Assembly (NCBI RefSeq): GCF_009834535.1
Contig: NC_045698.1
Location: forward strand, 10,170,001 to 10,234,000
DNA from: Camelus ferus
Taxonomy: Eukaryota
Reading direction: 5' to 3'
Length of the DNA: 64,000 nucleotides
Part shown: piece by piece, positions 61,276-64,000 of the stretch
Numbering within the stretch: the stretch's first letter is position 1
Layout: each line of letters opens with the position of its first letter
The notes under the pieces: model-generated
What the model was told of the DNA's origin: nothing
The model's database searches: none
Seen by the model: only the letters and a program-made list of their open reading frames with translations
Made by a program: the position numbers and the translations under genes

Positions 61276-64000
61276 GATTTAGAAAAACTATCCTCTTGAT
61301 GGGCAACATAATGCGAATCACTTTAAGAAGCCTGAGTGATTTGGAAGCAGGGGGTTAAAATGTATCTCAGGTTGACATGCTGCTGAACCAGACAGCAATT
61401 TGAAAGGTGATAACAGAATCAATTTTGGCAAGTCATAGCATGCTGAACCTTGGGGGTTAAGGTATTTTTAAATGAATATGCTAAAACCTCTAAATATTCC
61501 ACTTTGATTGTTTTAGGAAAAAGCGTTACTTGTGTTGACTGAAACGAGGAAAGAGGAAAGAAAATCATCAACAGTTAACTGCACATTTATATTAACAATG
61601 ATAAAATCTGATTTTTAACCCAACCCCTTTTTCTCCAATAGCATTCAACAGAAATTAGTATCAAGATCTGAGAGTAATGGCAAACGTTATTGTGTGACCA
61701 TTCCGGTCAGTTTCTTTCAGATTTGGTTTAAAGAGCAGTTGTTGCCTTCCCTTTAGGACTCCACGGGGACACACCCTCTGCACCTGCGAGCCCGGATGAG
61801 CCTCAGCCGACTGCATCCTGTGCTGTGTTCACTGTTCCCTGAAGCTAGAATGTCATTAAAATTCACATTAGCTTCTTATCTCAGATGGCGAAATGTGCTT
61901 TACATTGTAACAAGTCTCCAGCCTCTCCCCACCACTTCAGTATAGGAGCTATGTAATTTTGAAAGTGTGTAATTTATGAAATGGGTACAGCCAAATGTCC
62001 TCTGACTTGGGACATTTACCTCTTTGTTAGTTATCACCTTTCACATTGCTCTGGTTTTTTGGCCTTTCTCTCCTAATTTTGCCTGAAATTCTCTCTCTGT
62101 GCCACCTGTTAAGTTTGGTGGCACTTAGAAGTAAAGTGCTGACTCCTGGTCTGTGGCCAAAGACATGACATGGGGTCTCAGAAGTGTCACTCTAAGATGA
62201 CATCTGCCAGTCCTTTCCCTCTCCATGGGCGCGAGAGGACAGGCGTGTGCTTCCAGGGGAGTTGCTGAATGTATCCTTTTGTTCCGAAAGTTTAGGAGGC
62301 ACAGCTAGACCCTTTAATGTATGAGGAAAGAGCACAGGAAGAGTTGTCCTATCTGCAGTGTAATCTAAAATCACTGGTCTAGCACAGAAGCCATCTATTT
62401 GTAATTCTTTTTTTGTAGTCATATACTCCGTTTTCATAAATAGCTCTTCAGGGCATGGAACAGAATCTGCCTTTATGATCTGAGGACATTTCACGGCTGA
62501 GTTTCTTCCTGCTTTTTACTGAGAGTTACGTGATATTTTTAATTTGGCTTTAATGTGTGTACAGGCTTCCTCGGTCTTCTGCCTAGTGGGTGTGTTTTTA
62601 AAAATGGAAACCAGATTAAAAATGATACTTAGGTGATTGCCTAATAATAGCCACAAACTCAGTTTTTTTGTGTGGTTAGTTTTATATATCTGCTTTTTTT
62701 CCCCCTCCAATTTTCTTTTCTGTTTTAGAAGTTTCAGTTGTCAATTTTAATGAAATTAACATCTCTCTCTGTGGCATAGTCAACAAAATTATTGTGGTAG
62801 AATTGTTTAGAATTTATATTCTAGACTCTGTTCATACACATACATATATCACTTTACAAGTTTCAGCACCAGTTTAGCCACTGATTCATGCATGTGCTTT
62901 TTTCCTCTAGGAAAACTATGAGTCTTACTTAGTGGAGCAATTCAGGAACTAAGAGGCTAGAGTAACTACAGGTTTAAGAAACTAAAGATACACGGAAGTT
63001 AGGCTGTGGCTGATAGTGAGACATAGGAGGTCAAGATTTTCATTGTTAAGTTTTGTTTTCTTCGCATTGTTACCTATGTCCGTATGATGCTCTTCCTGTG
63101 GAGGGGCCTGGAACTCAGCAGCTCTGACTTGCATCGCTCACTGAATCAGGGGAATTAGTGAATAGGTATGGATTAGAGTCGGCAGGAGTTACCGAGAACG
63201 CTGTGGAGTTGCGTGAGTCACACGGGCCTCTTCTGAGGTCCCGGCCCTGGAACTGGGCTGTTCTCCTTGCTGAGAGTTGTAGAGCGTGGAGCCCAGGACT
63301 GTGGTTGTGGGGGCACTTCTGTGAGGCTCTGCGGTGTCCCGGCCCGGCCACCTGCAGGCAGAGGCTGTGAGGGAGTGCTCGTAAGCATGGTTTTCTTGCC
63401 TGGTAGCAGTGGAAGGAGATCCTCTTTTCAAATCTCAGTAGATCAGGACCCATAGCCACGGCTTACTCCTTCTTAGTGTTGCCATCACGTGATCCGCCTC
63501 CTCCCTGCCTGGCTCCGAGAGAGCACTTCGTGCTGCCTTGGAACTTGCCATGCTGTGCCTGGCTCTCTAGGTATTTATGAGCTTGTCTCCTCGAGGGCCG
63601 CAGTGGTGCCTACTTCCTCTTTGCGTTTGCCCCGCTGCCCTCTCCGTCCATCTGACTTGGAATTGGGATGTGATCAGTCTTCGTGGTCACATTCCGCGCG
63701 TTACCCAATGACTGCCAATGAATTGCTGAGACTACGTCGCATCCATTCAAGAATTTTGAAGGAACCTTAAGGATGAAATTGCAGAACCTTTGGCTCTTGT
63801 TTTTGCCTTTTATAAATAGGCTCTGTTTTAAAAGCTTGGTGGGTCGCCAGCACAAAGTGTGATATAGTGGAAAGCAAAACGGCCCTGGAGGCCTGGGTTC
63901 TGTGTTGAGCCTTTTCACAACCAGCTGGGTGGTGCCACTGAGCCCCCGGACCTCAGGGTTGTCGTCAGGGTGTGTTTGGCGTCATCTTTGCTTAGAGTCT

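Noticed and set aside
62099..62124. GTGCCACC-10nt-GGTGGCAC hairpin
   Set aside because: An isolated 8-bp stem is expected by chance in 64 kb and is too short for a pre-miRNA.

Overview
Mammalian genomic DNA, most likely a camelid (alpaca/camel-like), judged from a tRNA-Ala-derived SINE of the Vic-1 type and a young L1 3' tail of camelid type. I recognise no protein-coding exon, and the ORF track looks like chance or repeat-derived ORFs. The window reads as part of a very large intron (probably of a + strand gene, which is an inference) or as intergenic DNA. It is filled with old interspersed repeats (MIR, L2, L1M, MLT1, hAT-Charlie and Tigger MITEs), two ERV1-like LTRs, several microsatellites and a few CpG-retaining, motif-rich patches that look like enhancers or alternative promoters (about 11.7-12.8 kb, 39.8 kb, 45.5 kb, 59.8-60.0 kb). 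I cannot support a new multi-gene system. The most unusual items are a SINE copy that still folds as a complete 73-nt tRNA with the Ala G3:U70 identity pair but a Thr (AGT) anticodon, a cluster of four inverted repeats at 13.57-13.73 kb, and some candidate cryptic exons. Repeat family names come from recalled consensus sequences and were not checked by a search. Boundaries of old repeats are approximate.
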